From: the human T2T-CHM13v2.0 reference genome, Homo sapiens
Length of the DNA stretch: 64,000 nucleotides
Assembly: GCF_009914755.1 (NCBI RefSeq)
Contig: NC_060934.1
Direction: 5' to 3' (one strand)
A model generated the notes under the pieces. The model made no database searches and was not told the origin of the DNA. It saw only the letters and a list, made by a program, of their open reading frames with translations. Made by a program: the position numbers and the translations under genes. Below are positions 15,751 through 32,049 of this stretch, piece after piece (the stretch's first letter is position 1; every line of letters starts with the position of its first letter).

Positions 15751-16537
15751 GAAAGGTGAATGGTTACAGCTCTTCCAGACCTACAGGTCATCTACCGCCG
15801 AAGTCATCTGCGGAGTGATGGTCACCTATGGAGGCTACTGGTATTGGCTCTTGGTACCAATGAGCCACTGGGTTTCTGTGTGTAACTGCAGTTTATTGTA
15901 GGTTTCTACAGCTGAGACTTTTCTACTTTATTCTGTTTCTTGCAAGTGTTTCAGTGGATGAACTTCAATAAGGCTGAGAAGAGTGGCTAAGAGAGCATCT
16001 AAATCTACATCCAAATGAGAGAAGACGCTACGAATGTGTGTTAATAAGACAAAAACAGGGCTCACCCAAGGCTTGACATAAAAGACATGCAAAAGGGTGC
16101 TATTCATCAATAGCAATTAAAAGCTCTACTATTTATGCATATTCTTTAATAGTTTGCCTTAACTGGGGAGGGAAGGTGCAGAAAAAGGAATTGTTCAATA
16201 AGTTAACTTTTTAAATTAAACAGACATATTTATTTGCGCTTGTAAAATAACAAATGTTTGAGAAATTTTTACAATGTTCACTTCCTCCCCGACCCAGCTT
16301 ATAAAAATGCTTTTTATTAAAACAAGCCAAAGTGAAAACAAGTCTACTGGGCCCATTGATTTCATTCTCCTAGGAAAAAAAAATTATTTCACTAAAACCT
16401 AAATATTTCCATTAATGTCCATGACAGAATTGCAAGAACAAACACACAAATAGAGAACCAGTCTGAGGTCACTATTCACAGCACAGCACTGGGTGCAGGC
16501 AGCACCTTGGAAGCCTTAACAAAGGAACTCAGAATAG

Positions 16538-16912
<375 letters not shown>

Positions 16913-17104
16913 TGAGAGCTTTATCAACTTGAGAGATAAGGAAAAATAGAAGACTAGCACAAATAAAATATGGGTAGAAAAATTCAGATATCTTTTGAGC
17001 CCAATAACTTCTTCAAATAAAGGTTTAAGGACACACCATAATGCCTGGCATATTACAGGCACCTAGTAAATATCTGGTGGATGAGGATAACTTTGAGGCT
17101 TACC

Positions 17105-17385
<281 letters not shown>

Positions 17386-18789
17386 ACATAGCTTTCTCTC
17401 TCTCCCCCACTCCCTACACGGCCTCCCCGCTTTCTCTCTCTCTCTCTCCCCAACACCCCGCAAGGCCTCCCCACCCCAGCTCCCCACAGGGCCTCCCCGC
17501 TTTCTCTCTCCCCCACTCCCGCTTTCTTTCCTTCCTCCCCTTCTTCTTTTGTTAAATATCGTCTTTCTTTAAGGCTCACACTAGGAAGCGCTGGTGTTGC
17601 AGAAACACGGGAAGGCAGGAAATGAGTTTGGGAACAAATAAGTAAATAAAATCTGGGGAAAGCACACATCTAAAGCACTCTTCACCCTTCACAGTTTATC
17701 TGGGGAAACTTCATATTTCAAACGTATTTTGTGAAGTGGGCCTGACAAAGCAGACACACACACCGGATGTGCTACGCGACGGCTCTTCCCCTGCCTCCGA
17801 CAACAGGGAGTTCATCTCAGGACACGACAACTCATTGCTGACGATGGGAGCAACATGATGGTCTATCAAGAGGAAAAAGGCAAGCGTCATCCACAGCCGG
17901 CCTGGCCGCTGACAGCCAGGCACCGTCACATCCACCTGGCCTGGAGAACCAGGCTCAGAAACCCACCGTGCAGCCTCCGAGAGGCCACCCCCTCCACCTT
18001 CCCAGTGACACAGCCAAAGCCACCACCAGGAGCCTGATGCTCAGACACACAGTTCGGCCTGCTGTGTGCTGCCTTCCGTGTCTAAGAGGCTGCCTCTTCA
18101 TCAGCTCCCCATCACAGCTAACGAAACCTCTTTGGAATTAGCTCCCAATCCTTAACTGTACCAAAATGGAACAATACAGGAAACGAGAAGTGTCATTAAA
18201 CGGGGACTAGAACACTGTGTCCCTGAGTCCCACAACCAGGACCACAACAGAGTGTTTGTTCCTAAAGGTTCCTGATCATACTCAGACCTTATAAGTGAGC
18301 TGCTCATTAAAAGCGGGACCTGTCACCGATACAGACATTAACTAAAGCATTATTCCATGAGAGGCAGGGTAAAAGGATTTCCGTGGCTCTTGACAAACCC
18401 ACTAACGCAGACCCGGCCCAGTGTCCCAGCGCTCTTCCTCTGACTTGCCGTTTCCCACTGTCTGCAATTGTAACTCGAGTGCTTTGGGCTGCCTTGCGGA
18501 ACTCAGCTTCATTTGTTAACCTCCCTACGGAGCTGAGGCCTGCACTGCATCAGAGACAAGCGTGAAGTTCCAGGACGACAGGAATAAAACCTAGAACCTG
18601 CCATCCAGGAGTTTACCAGGGAAATGATCACAGAAATTAACACCTGAAACAGGCCTGACACAGCCAGACAGAAGCTAGGGAGGAATTGAGGCGGGAGCAT
18701 AAATCACCAGGATGCTTTAATGTTCAAAAGAAGCCGGAGGGGGGAAAAGGAATCTATTTGGGGATTTAGGCAAAGTTTGGGAGAAACTG

Positions 18790-19032
18790 ATCTTTTTCTA
18801 TAGTGGTCAAATTCATAGAAAGAGAAAACAGAACGGTGGTTGCCCAGAGAAGGGGGTAAGGACTGGGAACCACGTTCAACATGTAGAGAGTTTCCAATGG
18901 GGGAGAGGAAAGCACTCCGGCCCATGGTGATGGCTGCACGACAACGTGAATATAATTAATGCCACCAAACTGTACAGTTAAAACTGGTCCACATTGCAAA
19001 TTGTATGTTATGTCTATTTGACAATTTTTAAA
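18790..19032 (+). mobile_element. L1M 3-prime end fragment
   Basis: gtcaaattcatagaaagagaaaacagaacggtggttgcc...atggtgatggctgcacgacaacgtgaa. Confidence 0.8.
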
Positions 19033-19292
19033 ATCCAAACAAAAACCATGACCCAACTTCTTACAATCCAACTATATCACACTATCTTAGGAGGCATCAA
19101 ATGCAGACGCAGCTCACCGGTATAATCTATAGAACAGCATTACTTGGTGACCCCAACTGCTACTTGCTTCTGGAGTAAGCCTGCACCCCCGGTTGCTATG
19201 GAGAATCTGCAGACCACCACAATTAAAACGTCCAATAAATTTCTCTTTCTCAAAAAAGTAACACCTTAAAAGATATTCAGAAACAGAAACAG

Positions 19293-19295
<3 letters not shown>

Positions 19296-19335
<40 letters not shown>
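19296..19335 (+). repeat. (CA)~20 microsatellite
   Basis: Pure CA run. Confidence 0.97.
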
Positions 19336-19336
<1 letters not shown>

Positions 19337-20221
19337 CCATATACATAAATTGCACAGAACACTTCATATTAACTTAGAAAAGAAATCCATCCTGCTCTGT
19401 TGTATAGGATTGGTGACGTCCTCTAAATGAGCCAAAATCCAATCCACATCAGAAATAACACTTTCTGTATCTCAGGCAAAAGACACTACATTCTGTGGAC
19501 TGTAACGTAACAAAGGATTAAATCTGAAAGCAACTGGCCAAGCGTTCTCACAATGGCCTTCTAACCTAATTGTTTTAGTTATTAAATCTATCCTCAAAAT
19601 ATTTTTGTCACTAATACCATATGGCATGATGTATAACTAAGGCCCTTCCAATAGACTCAGCCACTAAAAAGAAAAAAAAAGAAAATACCTCAAAGGAAGG
19701 ACAAACACTTCTTTAACAAATATTTTACTGGCTAGTACAAAGTATCAGGCAGCACAGAAAAACTGAAGTACTTAATATTTCCACCCATCTTAACTCAGTT
19801 CCAACAGTTTTTAAAATCTTAAATCATTTGTAAATTAAATATTGCCTTGAAGTAATAAAACGCTGTAAAATATGTTAATTGAGTCATAAAAGCCTACTTT
19901 CCTGCATAATTATGTTTTACTTTTCTCCTCACTGATTTCTTTACACTAGAATTAGCTAGGATTCTCTCTGGATACAATAGTAATACTTGGCTCCTGCAAG
20001 AGTTTTACAGATAGTAAAAGCCCACAGCTGACCGCAAAATTTCTAGACTGGCTTGCCTAAGAAAATCAACACTCATGGGTCTTCATGGCAGAGCCACACC
20101 ACCAAACTTCAAGGCAACTTTTGGAGAATGTTTTATTTATCTTGCATCATATGAGCAAATTAAAATGAGGCAGAAGAATGAAGAATCACTGGAAATGAGA
20201 TGTAATGAGATATCAGGATAA

Positions 20222-20365
20222 GGCTGGGCACAGTGGCTCAAACCTGTAACTCCAGCACTTGGGAAGGCTGAGGCGGGAGGATCACTGAGCTCAGGAGTTC
20301 AAGGATGCAGTGAGCTATGATCATGCCACTGCATTACAGCCTAGGTGACACAGGGAGACCCTGTC

Positions 20366-20400
<35 letters not shown>
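20222..20400 (+). mobile_element. Alu monomer (FRAM/AluJ-like) with (TCAA)n tail
   Basis: Single arm ending gagaccctgtctc then aatcaatc repeats. Degenerate TSD gagatatcaggata / gagagatccggata. Confidence 0.88.
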
Positions 20401-21051
20401 GAGAGATCCGGATAGTGAATGACTAGGGAACTAACATTGGGGGAACTGAGGGAGTAATCAAATGAAAAATGTAACAAATTTATGAGAAGGTTAACAGGGA
20501 AAGGCCACTGAGTTTCACACTAAGAGAACTGCTGGAGACCAGAACATGCAATTTTAGCAGAACAGCTGAGAGAAAACTGAGGATCAGGAATAAAGTGCGT
20601 GAAGACAGAACAGAGACAGAGGGTATTCAATGAGAAAAACTCAGAGAACCAAGCCAGGCAACGTACCATTAGACCCAACTATTTACAGTATCAACTGTTG
20701 GAGTACTTTCTGTCACCAGTAAGATTTAACCCAATGAAAAGAATAAAATAGCCCATTTCTTTTCATTGATATGATGCACCATGACTTACTGTGTGCACTG
20801 ACTTAATATGTACAGTGATTTAATGAGGGAGTGTCTCTATTCCTGAGAGAATCTTTCATAAAACTGTGGTTTAGATGAAAGCTTACAAGGATGCAAAATG
20901 CCATGGTAGTCAAATGTCCTACTAAACGTATGGATATCTGTTCAAAGCCGCTGCTATTAGGCCCAAAGATAGAAAACGTAGGCTGCTCCCCTGCATGAGG
21001 ACAGGGTTTCTTTGCAAGAGCATCATTTCATTCTATTCCAAGGTTCCACCT

Positions 21052-21453
21052 TGATATGGTTTGGATCTGTGTCCCCACCCAAATTTCATGTACAATTGTA
21101 ATCCTCAGTGTTGAAGGCAGAGCCCAGTGAGAAGTGACTGGATCGTGCAGGCAGTTTCTAATGGTTTAACGCCATCCTCCTTGGTCTTGTCATGGTAAAA
21201 GTGAGTTATCATGAGATCTGGTTGTTTAAAAGTGTGCGGCACCTCCCCCTTCTCTCTCTTCCTCTTTCTCCAGCCCACGTAAGACATGCCTGCTTCCCCT
21301 TCGCCTTCCACCATGATTGTAAGTTTCCTGAGTCCTCCCAAGCCATGCTTCCTGTACATCCTGTGGAATCGTGAGCCAATTACACCTCTTTTCTTTATAA
21401 ATTACCCAGTCCTGGGTATTTCTTTGTAGCAGTGTGAGAATGGATAATAACAC
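21052..21453 (+). mobile_element. MSTA solo LTR
   Basis: tgatatggtttggatctgtgtccccacccaaat...gagatctggttgtttaaaagtgtg...ttataaattacccagtc. Confidence 0.92.
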
Positions 21454-22002
21454 AGGCACCCAAGACCATAAGAGCTCCTGTTCCATCTTCTATCAGGCCC
21501 TCTGTACCTGCCCTGGAATCAACTGAAGACGAAAATGGCAGATTCAGTCTATAACACTTGGACCACAATGAGTCATGTTTCCAGTTCAATTCAAATTAAT
21601 CTTCAAATACTTTCTGGAGCACCAATCCTTGCCAGCCTGGCCCCCAAAACACAGCTTGTCCTCACCTCACAGCAAACTCTGCTGCACATCTGCTAACTCA
21701 GAGCTTTTCACTGAGGTCTTTAACACTTTGATGTCTCCACTATCCATGCTAACCCAGCCCTCCACACATGTGACCTCCTAAACCAAACCAACAGCTCTCA
21801 TTGTCTTCCACGGTACAGAAATGACAGTAGCTAAGGGGAAAAATAACAATAAGTTGCCTTGTCCTGCTCTGGGCTAACCAGTGAGGAAATTCACCAAGAG
21901 GGAAAATCAATTCATCTCACACAGACCACATTTGCCCTAAGAGAATCACTTCTGCCATACCTCAAAAAATAAGTAAAATGTGCATGAACTTCACTGGAAT
22001 TA

Positions 22003-22452
22003 CAATTGACCCTGTAAAACTGAAATTCTAGTTTTTCCACTGAATCCCCCAAAAGTCAAATATCTGCATATAAATTTTGACTCCCCCAAAATTTAACTAC
22101 CAAAACACTACTGTTGACCTGAAGCCTTACTGATAGCAGTTGATGAACACATATTTTGTATGTTCTATGTATTATGTGCGGTACTCTTATCGTCAAGTAT
22201 GCTAGAGAAAAGAAAATGCTATTAAGAAAATCATAAGGAAGCAAAAATATATTTAGTATTCATTAAGCGGAAGTGGATCATCATAAAGGTCTTCACCCTT
22301 ATCATCTTCACACTACATAGGTGAGGAGGAGTAGGAAGCGGAGTTGGTCTTGCTGTCTCAGGGGTGGCAGAAGCAGAAGAAAACCCATGTATAAATGACT
22401 CACGTATAAATGACTCACGTAGTTCAAACTCGTGTTGTTCAAGGGTTAACTG
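22003..22452. mobile_element. Tigger2a-like (TcMar-Tigger) element
   Basis: TIRs caattgaccc and gtgttgttcaagggttaactg, with TA on the left. Internal aagtggatcatcataaaggtcttca. Confidence 0.85.
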
Positions 22453-22671
22453 AAGTTGTTTTCAAGATGCTCACATCTTCTTCTAAGTCTGCTCCATCCC
22501 CATTCCCCAGCGGACACATCCTCCCTAAGTCAGTCCTGCATGCAGTCTGCACTCTTCCCAGGTTATTTTGTCTCTCAATGTTACAACCAACAGGCTCTTC
22601 AGGGTAATGTCTGCTGTTCAGGTACAGGACGCTTGCTTAATTTCAAATCTTCTATTTAAAACTGAATTGGC

Positions 22672-22997
<326 letters not shown>

Positions 22998-23841
22998 TTA
23001 ATGAAAACAAATAAGTTTCGATAAAACTGAATTGGCTTTTTGCTTCACACTTACTCAAATCAATTCCACACAAAGGAGTTGGATGCTTTGTAACTTCTCT
23101 TTAGGGCAAAAATAAATGGATATGTTCTTAACATCAGAAAAATGCTAAGAGCTGAAGATACTTCTTTTCTTCCTATTTTGAAACAACTATAATTTGACTT
23201 CGGAATAAAATTTCTTTCATCAGAAATGTATGTTTTGATAGGTGCACTGCATAGGATTCTAATAGCTCTAAAATCTGCTTCAATTCAGAGCTGTGATCTT
23301 CATCACCCCTAAGCCTTATATCTTACTCTCCACAAATTAGACTGCATCCTTAAAAGGCATCCGCTGACAGATTTCACAGGGACTGAAGTGGGCTGGGAAC
23401 TGCATTCCATGGCATCTGAGCTTCCCTTAGACAGGCCAACTTCGTCATTCAGAGCAAGCACTGAATAAATCTCCTCCAACTTACATGAATGTAACCCACT
23501 TCATGACTGTCAGAGGGAAGAAATAAGCCTTTGAGAATCCTCTGTTCTAACAGGGCTCCCCTCATGATAATGCCTAGACCGGTGGCCAGAGTTCCCACAG
23601 CCGAGGCTCCAGGTACAGATGCTAAATGCTGGCCCAGAGGGTCAGCAGGATGAGCTAGTTTCTAAGTGAAAGACTCTCATTACGCAAATGAGTGCTTAGG
23701 GCCTTAACACTAACCAATTCACACAGGTCTGACGGGGCATGAGTGTGCAAGTGAAAGCCATGCAGGTTCCTGAGACAGCCACAGTCGGTGGGGATCCATC
23801 AGGGGCCGGCCTCAATCCCAGCATTTTGGGATTTGTTACGC

Positions 23842-24263
23842 TTGTATGTTCTATGCATTATGTACAGTATTCTTACCAACAAGTAAGCTAGAGAAAAGAC
23901 ATGCTATTCAGAAAATCAAAAGGAAGCGAAAATATATTTAGCATTCATTCAGTGGAAGCGGATGATCGTAAAGGTCTTCATCCTCTCATCTTCATGCTGA
24001 GTAGGTGAGGAGGAGGAGGAGGAGTTGGTCTTGCTGTCTCGTGGGTGGCAGAGGCAAAGAAAAGCCACGTATAAGTGACTCACACACTTCAAATTCGTGT
24101 TGTTCAAGGGTCAACTGTAGTTGTTTTTAAGATGCTTCACATCTGCTTCTAAGTCTGCTCCATCCCCATTCCCCAGCTAACACAACCTTTCTAAGTCAGT
24201 CCTGCATGCACTCTGCACTCTTCCCAGGTTATTTTGTCTCTCAATGTTACAACCAACAGGCTC
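23842..24263 (+). repeat. Dispersed direct copy of 22156-22597 (Tigger2a right part plus unique flank)
   Basis: The two segments match collinearly. The terminal ~52 nt (tctgcactcttcccagg...caacaggctc) are identical. Confidence 0.93.
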
Positions 24264-24390
24264 AAGCAAAGCAGGAGGATGGCTTGAGCCCAGGAAGTGG
24301 AGGCTGCAGTGAGCCATGATGATCCTGCCAAAGCACTCCAGCCCGGGCAACAGAACAAGAACCTATCTCAAAAAAAAAAAAAAAAAAAAA
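24264..24390 (+). mobile_element. Alu monomer 3-prime part (AluJ/FRAM-like); 5-prime piece at ~23803-23831
   Basis: gcaggaggatggcttgagcccagg followed by poly(A). The piece aatcccagcattttggga lies upstream of the duplicated block. Confidence 0.8.
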
Positions 24391-26028
24391 TACTGCAAAA
24401 CAATAGCTTCTGAGTATCACTAGATGAGGTGTCACGTCCTTAGGAGCCCGTCTGTGACCTCAGCTTGAAGAGAGCAGATGGGAGCACACTGCCAACCAGT
24501 GCGAGGTCCCAGCAGTCATTGACTTAAAAAAAAAAAAAAAAAGCTAGAAAATTAACAAACAAAGTAACTGGGACAGAAACTGCAGGGATTCTTTGGGGTA
24601 CACAGAAACTAAAGGCATGTCTGGGGAAGAGCATGACTTGATTTAACAATCACTCCAGCTGAAAAACAAAGCCCATGCAGATAACCAGGAGCACTCTATA
24701 GAACCAAATGCCAGTTTCAAAGCACCCAGGACAGAACAAGCTCATCTTTTCTGCAGCGTGAAATGTGAAGCAGCAGAGGGCACCTCCATGTTTTCTACTC
24801 CTAATATGTCTCTACAGAAAAGCCATTACAAAGAGTACTCCAGTATTAGCATGGAATCAATTCACCTAAGGCAATCAGTGAACTTCCTCGGGCCTCATGG
24901 CCATCCAAGCTCGTATCAGGGGCAGAGCGGGAACGTTCCTGTTGTGGACACTAAGGATTAGTGCTCACTTGACTGGACATCTGAAAATGCAAAATATGGG
25001 GCAGCTACAGCTATTCAGTAACACAAAGCCATTTTCACCACCACAGTCAAACCCAAACCTACTACATTTAAATCTAACGTTCATTCTGGTTCTACTAAGG
25101 GAAGAGAAATGCAAATTTTCCGTTCCCAAGACATCATTTAAAATATAAAAAGTATTCCTTTTTCTTGTTTTGCTTTTGTTTGGAGAGGAAGAGGGGTGCT
25201 GATCTAATTTTGGTTTTTATTCATTCAACAAATTTTTGAGGAGATAGAAGAAGATACATTGCATTTAACTTCCCCTAGAAGGGTATTTTTTAAATCCATT
25301 TTTGGCTCCACGTTGTAGAAATCATTTCGTAAACAAAGACCCTCTTTAAATACCAGAGCTTGGCAATTATTCTACACACACATGTGCAGAATTATCTTTT
25401 ACAGACACATACTAAAATATTTACAGATGAAATGAAATGATGTCTAAGAGTTCCTTCAAAGCAATAGAGTCTGGAAAACGAGGGTGGTAATATTGATTAA
25501 ACAAGGATGGCTTTGAACAGCTCATGGCTGAAGTCGGGTAACGAGCATATGAAGTTCACTATATATTCTGTCTACTATTGGTTATGTTTGAGTTTCCCAT
25601 AATAAAAAGTTTTCAAAGCAGAATGGAGGGGCATTTTGCCATTCTTTTAGCAAAAGGAAAGGTGCCAACCAGAGCAAATAGTTATTTGAGCTCCAGTTTT
25701 TAGTTGAGTGTGCCAATGAAGAGTTGAGAAGTTGAAGACCTTCATTAATTCCTTTTTCCTTCTTAAATCTACTTGGTCCGCAGCTCACTGCCTCATTAAA
25801 AAAAAAAAAAAAAAGTTACCATGTGTTCATTGTGAAGGCTCCAAGGTCTCCAAGTGAAACAACCCAAATACCAGCGAATTGGTTAGTACTAAAGAGAACT
25901 CCAGTATATATGTGTCTGTTATGACAAGCAAACAGGGATATTACGTGAGTTTAGAGCACATTTATTGACCTACTGCCAATATGTTAAGCACACATAAGCA
26001 TACATGCCTGTGCAAATTTGACTCGTAA

Positions 26029-26412
<384 letters not shown>

Positions 26413-26669
26413 TGGAGTGAGTCTTTCAATCACCAAAGGAAGTTTATTTACCTAACTCCATTATTAAAAAATATAATCACTCGTGTCCATATTTCCTTTG
26501 TTTTACCCAAAACTATCAGGAAACAACTGGGAAATGAGCCAAAACATAAACCACTTTGATTCAAAAATTGTCGAAAGCAATGTTACTAACATTTCCACAT
26601 CTTTTGAAGAATTTTATTAGATTTTTTTGTGGGGAGAAGGAGGAGATACATATGTGTCAGGGTGTCAGA

Positions 26670-27445
26670 GTAATTTGATGTACAGATAATTTTGTCACCC
26701 AGATAATTAGCCTAGTACCTGATAGGTAGTTTTTTAATCCTTACTTTCTTTCCACCATCCACTCTCAAGTAGGCCCCCGTGTCTATGATTCCCATCTTTA
26801 TGTCCATTTGTACTCACTATTTAGTTCCCACTTCTAAGTGAGAGCATGCAGCATCTGGTTTTCTGTTCCTGCATTAGTTTGCTTAGGATGGCCTCCAGGG
26901 ACATACATCCATGTTGCTGCAAAGGACATGATCTTGCTTTTTTTTTTTAATGGCTGCGTAGTATTCCATGGTGTATGTGTAACACATTTCCTTTATCCAG
27001 TCTGCTGTTGATGGGCATTGAGGTTGATTCCATGCCTTTGCTATTATGAATAGTGCTGTGGTGAACACACACGTGCATGTGTCTTTAAGGTAGAATGATT
27101 TCTATTCCTTTGGGTATTGCCCATAAGGGACTGTTGAGTTGAATGGTAGTTCTAACTTAAGTGCTTTCAGAAATCTCCAGAGTGCTTTCCACAGTGGCTG
27201 AACTAAGTTACATTCCCACCAGCAGTGTTTAAGCATTCTCTTTTCTCCACAACCTCGCCAGCATCTGTTATTTTGTGAATTTCTTAGAATAGCCACTCTG
27301 ACTGGTGTGAGATGGTGTCTCGTTGTGGTTTTGATTTGCATTTCCCTAATAATTAATGATATTGAGCATTTTTCCATATGCTTGTTGGCCATGTGTATGT
27401 TTTCTTTCAAGAAGTGTCTATTCATGTCCTTTGCCCATTTTTTTA
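26670..27445 (-). mobile_element. L1PA/L1PB 3-prime fragment (ORF2 C-terminus and 3-prime UTR)
   Basis: ORF 27102-27425 translates to the L1 ORF2 C-terminus (MNRHF...IREMQIKTT...CWRGCGEK...HCWWEC). Confidence 0.92.
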
Positions 27446-27958
27446 GAAGCCTTTCTACACAAGAAAACCATACTGATGTTGGTGGAATAAGGTGATGGTT
27501 CTAACTTAGAAGCAAACCGTTAAGACCATGGGGACTTTGGGTTTGAGGGGGTAGAAAATGTGACGTTATCACTACAACATCTTCAATGGCTGTTCTGTTC
27601 CTCCAAGAATCTTGGCATGGTTGTTGGATAACATCTCCTGAGAGTTTAGATGAGATGAGAAGAGAAAATATTCATCCCTAATATTATTCTCTTCCACTGG
27701 CCCAAAGATCATAGGCCAATTCACAATTATTCATATGCTCTGAAAGATACCACAGTAAGCTATAATTTGACTGAAGTAGTCAGGGGCTTTTTCGTGCCTT
27801 CCTGGTTTAATCTCTTGTCCTATTTGTGCATGCACAAGTCAGCTTCCTAGGGGAAGAGAGGAAATATTTTTTCTGTCTTTTCATATCCCTAACACTGAAG
27901 TATTAGGCATTTTTGCATTTCATGGGTTAGGAAGGTGAGTTCCGTGTGGGTGGACAAC

Positions 27959-28315
27959 TGATATGGTTTGGCTGTGTCCCCAACCAAATCTCACCTAAAA
28001 TTATGATAATCCCCATGTGTCAAGGGTGGGGCCAGGTGGAGACCATTGAATCATGGGGGCAGTTCTCCTCATACTGGTATCCTGATAGTGAGTAAGTCTC
28101 ACAAGATCTGATGGTTTTATAAAGGGAAGTTGCCCTGCACAAGCTCTCTTGCCTGCCACCATGTAAGACGTGCCTTTCTCCTCCTTTGCCTTCTGCCATA
28201 ATTGTGAGGCTTCCCCAGCTATGTGGAATTGTGAGTCCATTAAACCCTTTTTTTCTATATATATTATCCAGTCTTGGATATGTCTTTATTAGCAGCATGA
28301 GAACTGACTAATACA
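27959..28315 (+). mobile_element. THE1-family solo LTR
   Basis: Runs from tgatatggtttggctgtgtcccc to gactaataca. Near-TSD acaac/accac. Confidence 0.93.
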
Positions 28316-28400
28316 ACCACCATGCAAGAAGAGAGGGAATCAAGAAAGTTCTCATTTGGCTGTTCTGTCTATAATTTATCCCTATTTTTTAAGAGCTATG

Positions 28401-28745
<345 letters not shown>

Positions 28746-29014
28746 TCAGGCAATCAGGAGAAAAAGGAGACAAACAAGGAAAGTGAAAGAACCCTGACAG
28801 GGCTTCACAGAGAGATGGAGCCAGGAACCTCCGTGGAGGGAACAGAAACCACCACAGAATCAGAAAGCTGAATGGCTTCCCTGGGGTCTGCAAGTGAGAC
28901 ACCTTAGAAGGTGCCAGGGCTTATAAAAGACAAATTCCATGTCCCAGACCTTGTAGCTTCAAACGACCTCTCTAGATGTCATGATGTCCCTTCAAGACCA
29001 TTCTAAATACATAA

Positions 29015-29372
<358 letters not shown>

Positions 29373-30390
29373 CAAATATCTTTTTTACATTCTTCATTCT
29401 ATGGCCAAGTCTACAACTACAGAAGAGTTGGAGTATCAACAAGCTGCCTAGCAGCAAATAGCCACAAACACAGAAGTGTGTCCTTCCCTTCTCCCCAGAC
29501 CCATCAACAGATGGTCTTAACCGAGTGTTCTAGAATCTCCTGCATAAATGGCATTCACCCTTCCTCCATGTCTTCACAGCGACACAGACACTAGCTGGAA
29601 CGGAAATCCTCTGGGAGGCAAAACTTCCACTTCAACATTCCACTTCGAGTGCCAAGAACAGTCCCTGACTCTGGAATAACGGGTCACTGCTATTTCGCAG
29701 AGCACTCGGTTGCTACCATGTGTAGGACAAAAATAAAAGCACTGAACACCTTAACTCTGTCGCCCTCACCCCCCCGAAATTCCCTCATTCTTCCTTGCTT
29801 CAAGATTAACGTCCAAGCAGCAGAAGCTACTGGCCTAATTTTGAGCCTGACATTTGACTATATGCATCCTATAATACACACTGTATAATTTTTGCTCTTA
29901 TCCCCTTGTGCAAAGTGATTGAATCGAAACATTTTAATCACCAGCCTTTTAAAATAATCTGTTGTGTTTTGTTTTACTTCTAGACACTTGTAGGATCTTT
30001 CTGACCCCGGTGTTCTAACATTTTATGATGCTGTGTCTTGGTGATTGCTTGCATTCATCTTAAACAGTAAAAACCAGATTGAAACAGAGGACATGAAACA
30101 GAGGATGTGAGCAAGACACGGGTAATTTTTAAAACAAACCTTTTAGAACCGTCTCTTACAAATGTTGTGTACAGGTAACATCCATCTCTTTAAACGTTAA
30201 TGCAAGGAAAAGTGCATCCCCTATTCCATCAACAGCAAAGATCACGTGTTAAAAATCTACACTGGTGTATCAACTATAGACAATACATTTTGACTCCCAA
30301 ATGAAGGAAAAAAAATACCATTCTCTTTTACATTTTAACACTCTTACATTTTCCCTTAGATGTTTTCCAAAGATGAACTAGTTATCTTTA

Positions 30391-30746
<356 letters not shown>

Positions 30747-30762
30747 GTGTAGCTAAATGAGT

Positions 30763-31123
30763 TGTGACAGAGACTAACTGTCCCCCAGGGCTTTTTTCCC
30801 TCCCTTCTTTGTTGTAGGAAAAGCAGCCTCCCCATCCCAGGGATTTTAGCAAGGAGGAGCCCCACAGCTAGGGAGTACCTTTCCCAGTCTCTTTGTAACT
30901 AGGTAGGGCCTGGTGGAATCCCAGGAGACCGAGTTTTGCTAGTGGGAGGTGAGCTGCTGTCCCCAGCCTCTCCCTTTCCCTCTTTCTTGCTGGGCAACCT
31001 GGAGGAGAACCAGCCTTCCACCATGCAGACATGGAATTTGGAAGAAAGAGCAGTAAACTTCTAAATTAACTTGAGCCACAGCATTTTAGGGCCTTTTGGG
31101 AACAGCAGTTGTAATCCTAACAC
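30763..31123 (+). mobile_element. Old MLT1 (J/K-like) LTR
   Basis: tacctttcccagtctctttgtaactagg and the 3-prime end ttgagccacagcattttaggg...cagcag...cctaac. Confidence 0.5.
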
Positions 31124-31854
31124 ATAAACCACACCATCAAAGCCCTCACATCAGCTGGAAGCAAAAATCCCTCAGGAAAAGGGGAAATTTTGAGAAAGAA
31201 AAGTAGAGAATCCATGAAGAAAGGATAAAAGGGACCATGAAATTTAGAAGGAGAAAAGAAACCCGCAAAAATGACCAAATCTCTTTGTTTTTAAAAAACA
31301 CTTAAAAATCTTTATAGTGTTTGAACATAGTATTCACATGTAGGTAGCGTAGAAAGATGCCCCTCTAAATGGAAAACAGCTTCTTTTGTTAGCAGAAAGA
31401 GGAGATAAATTGGGAAACTAAGCAGGCAAGCATCTCAAAAAAAATTAAATTTGATCTAAACATACTGTACTTTGATGAGGAAGGGCCACGGCCAATTATG
31501 GTAATAGAATTTTTAATTGACACTTATTTGCTGGTTAGTTATTCATGTCAACATTCACCCTGCAGAATCCTTCATAGAAATTCACCCAAGAAGGGCACAT
31601 AAATACATACACTTAACTGAAAAAACCATTAACGGTACTTACAAATCTAAAGATCCATTTGGGATCTAAAATTAATTTTGATGGGCTAACAAATTGCACA
31701 TTAGATGTAGAGATGAAAAATGTAAAGTACATACTGCTTTCTTCATTTCACAAAACAAATCTAATGAAACATTACTCCAAATAACAGTACACCCGGCATA
31801 TAAATCATCATCATCCCTTCATCTCTACGAGTCAATCAAACATTTGAACAAGAA

Positions 31855-32049
31855 AAGAAGTTCTAAAAACATTTTATTTTCTTTGGAGCTTTTCAAAGGG
31901 TTTGGGTTGGTTTATGTTTGAGGGTGGTGGGAGAGGTTCGTGTGGGATCGGGGAGTTGTTTCATTTCGTGACGGTCTCGAAGAAGTTTTGAGACATCCTT
32001 TTCTAAGAAATATGTTGAACAGAAGCTGATGGCTTGACATCACTCTCTA
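31855..32049 (-). other. SFMBT2: Candidate alternative terminal exon of SFMBT2 with poly(A) signal
   Basis: There are two acceptors: tttttttgtAG| at 32050 and tttcttAG| at 32003. In-frame stops follow, then AATAAA at 31878-31873 and a U-rich downstream tract. Confidence 0.5.
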
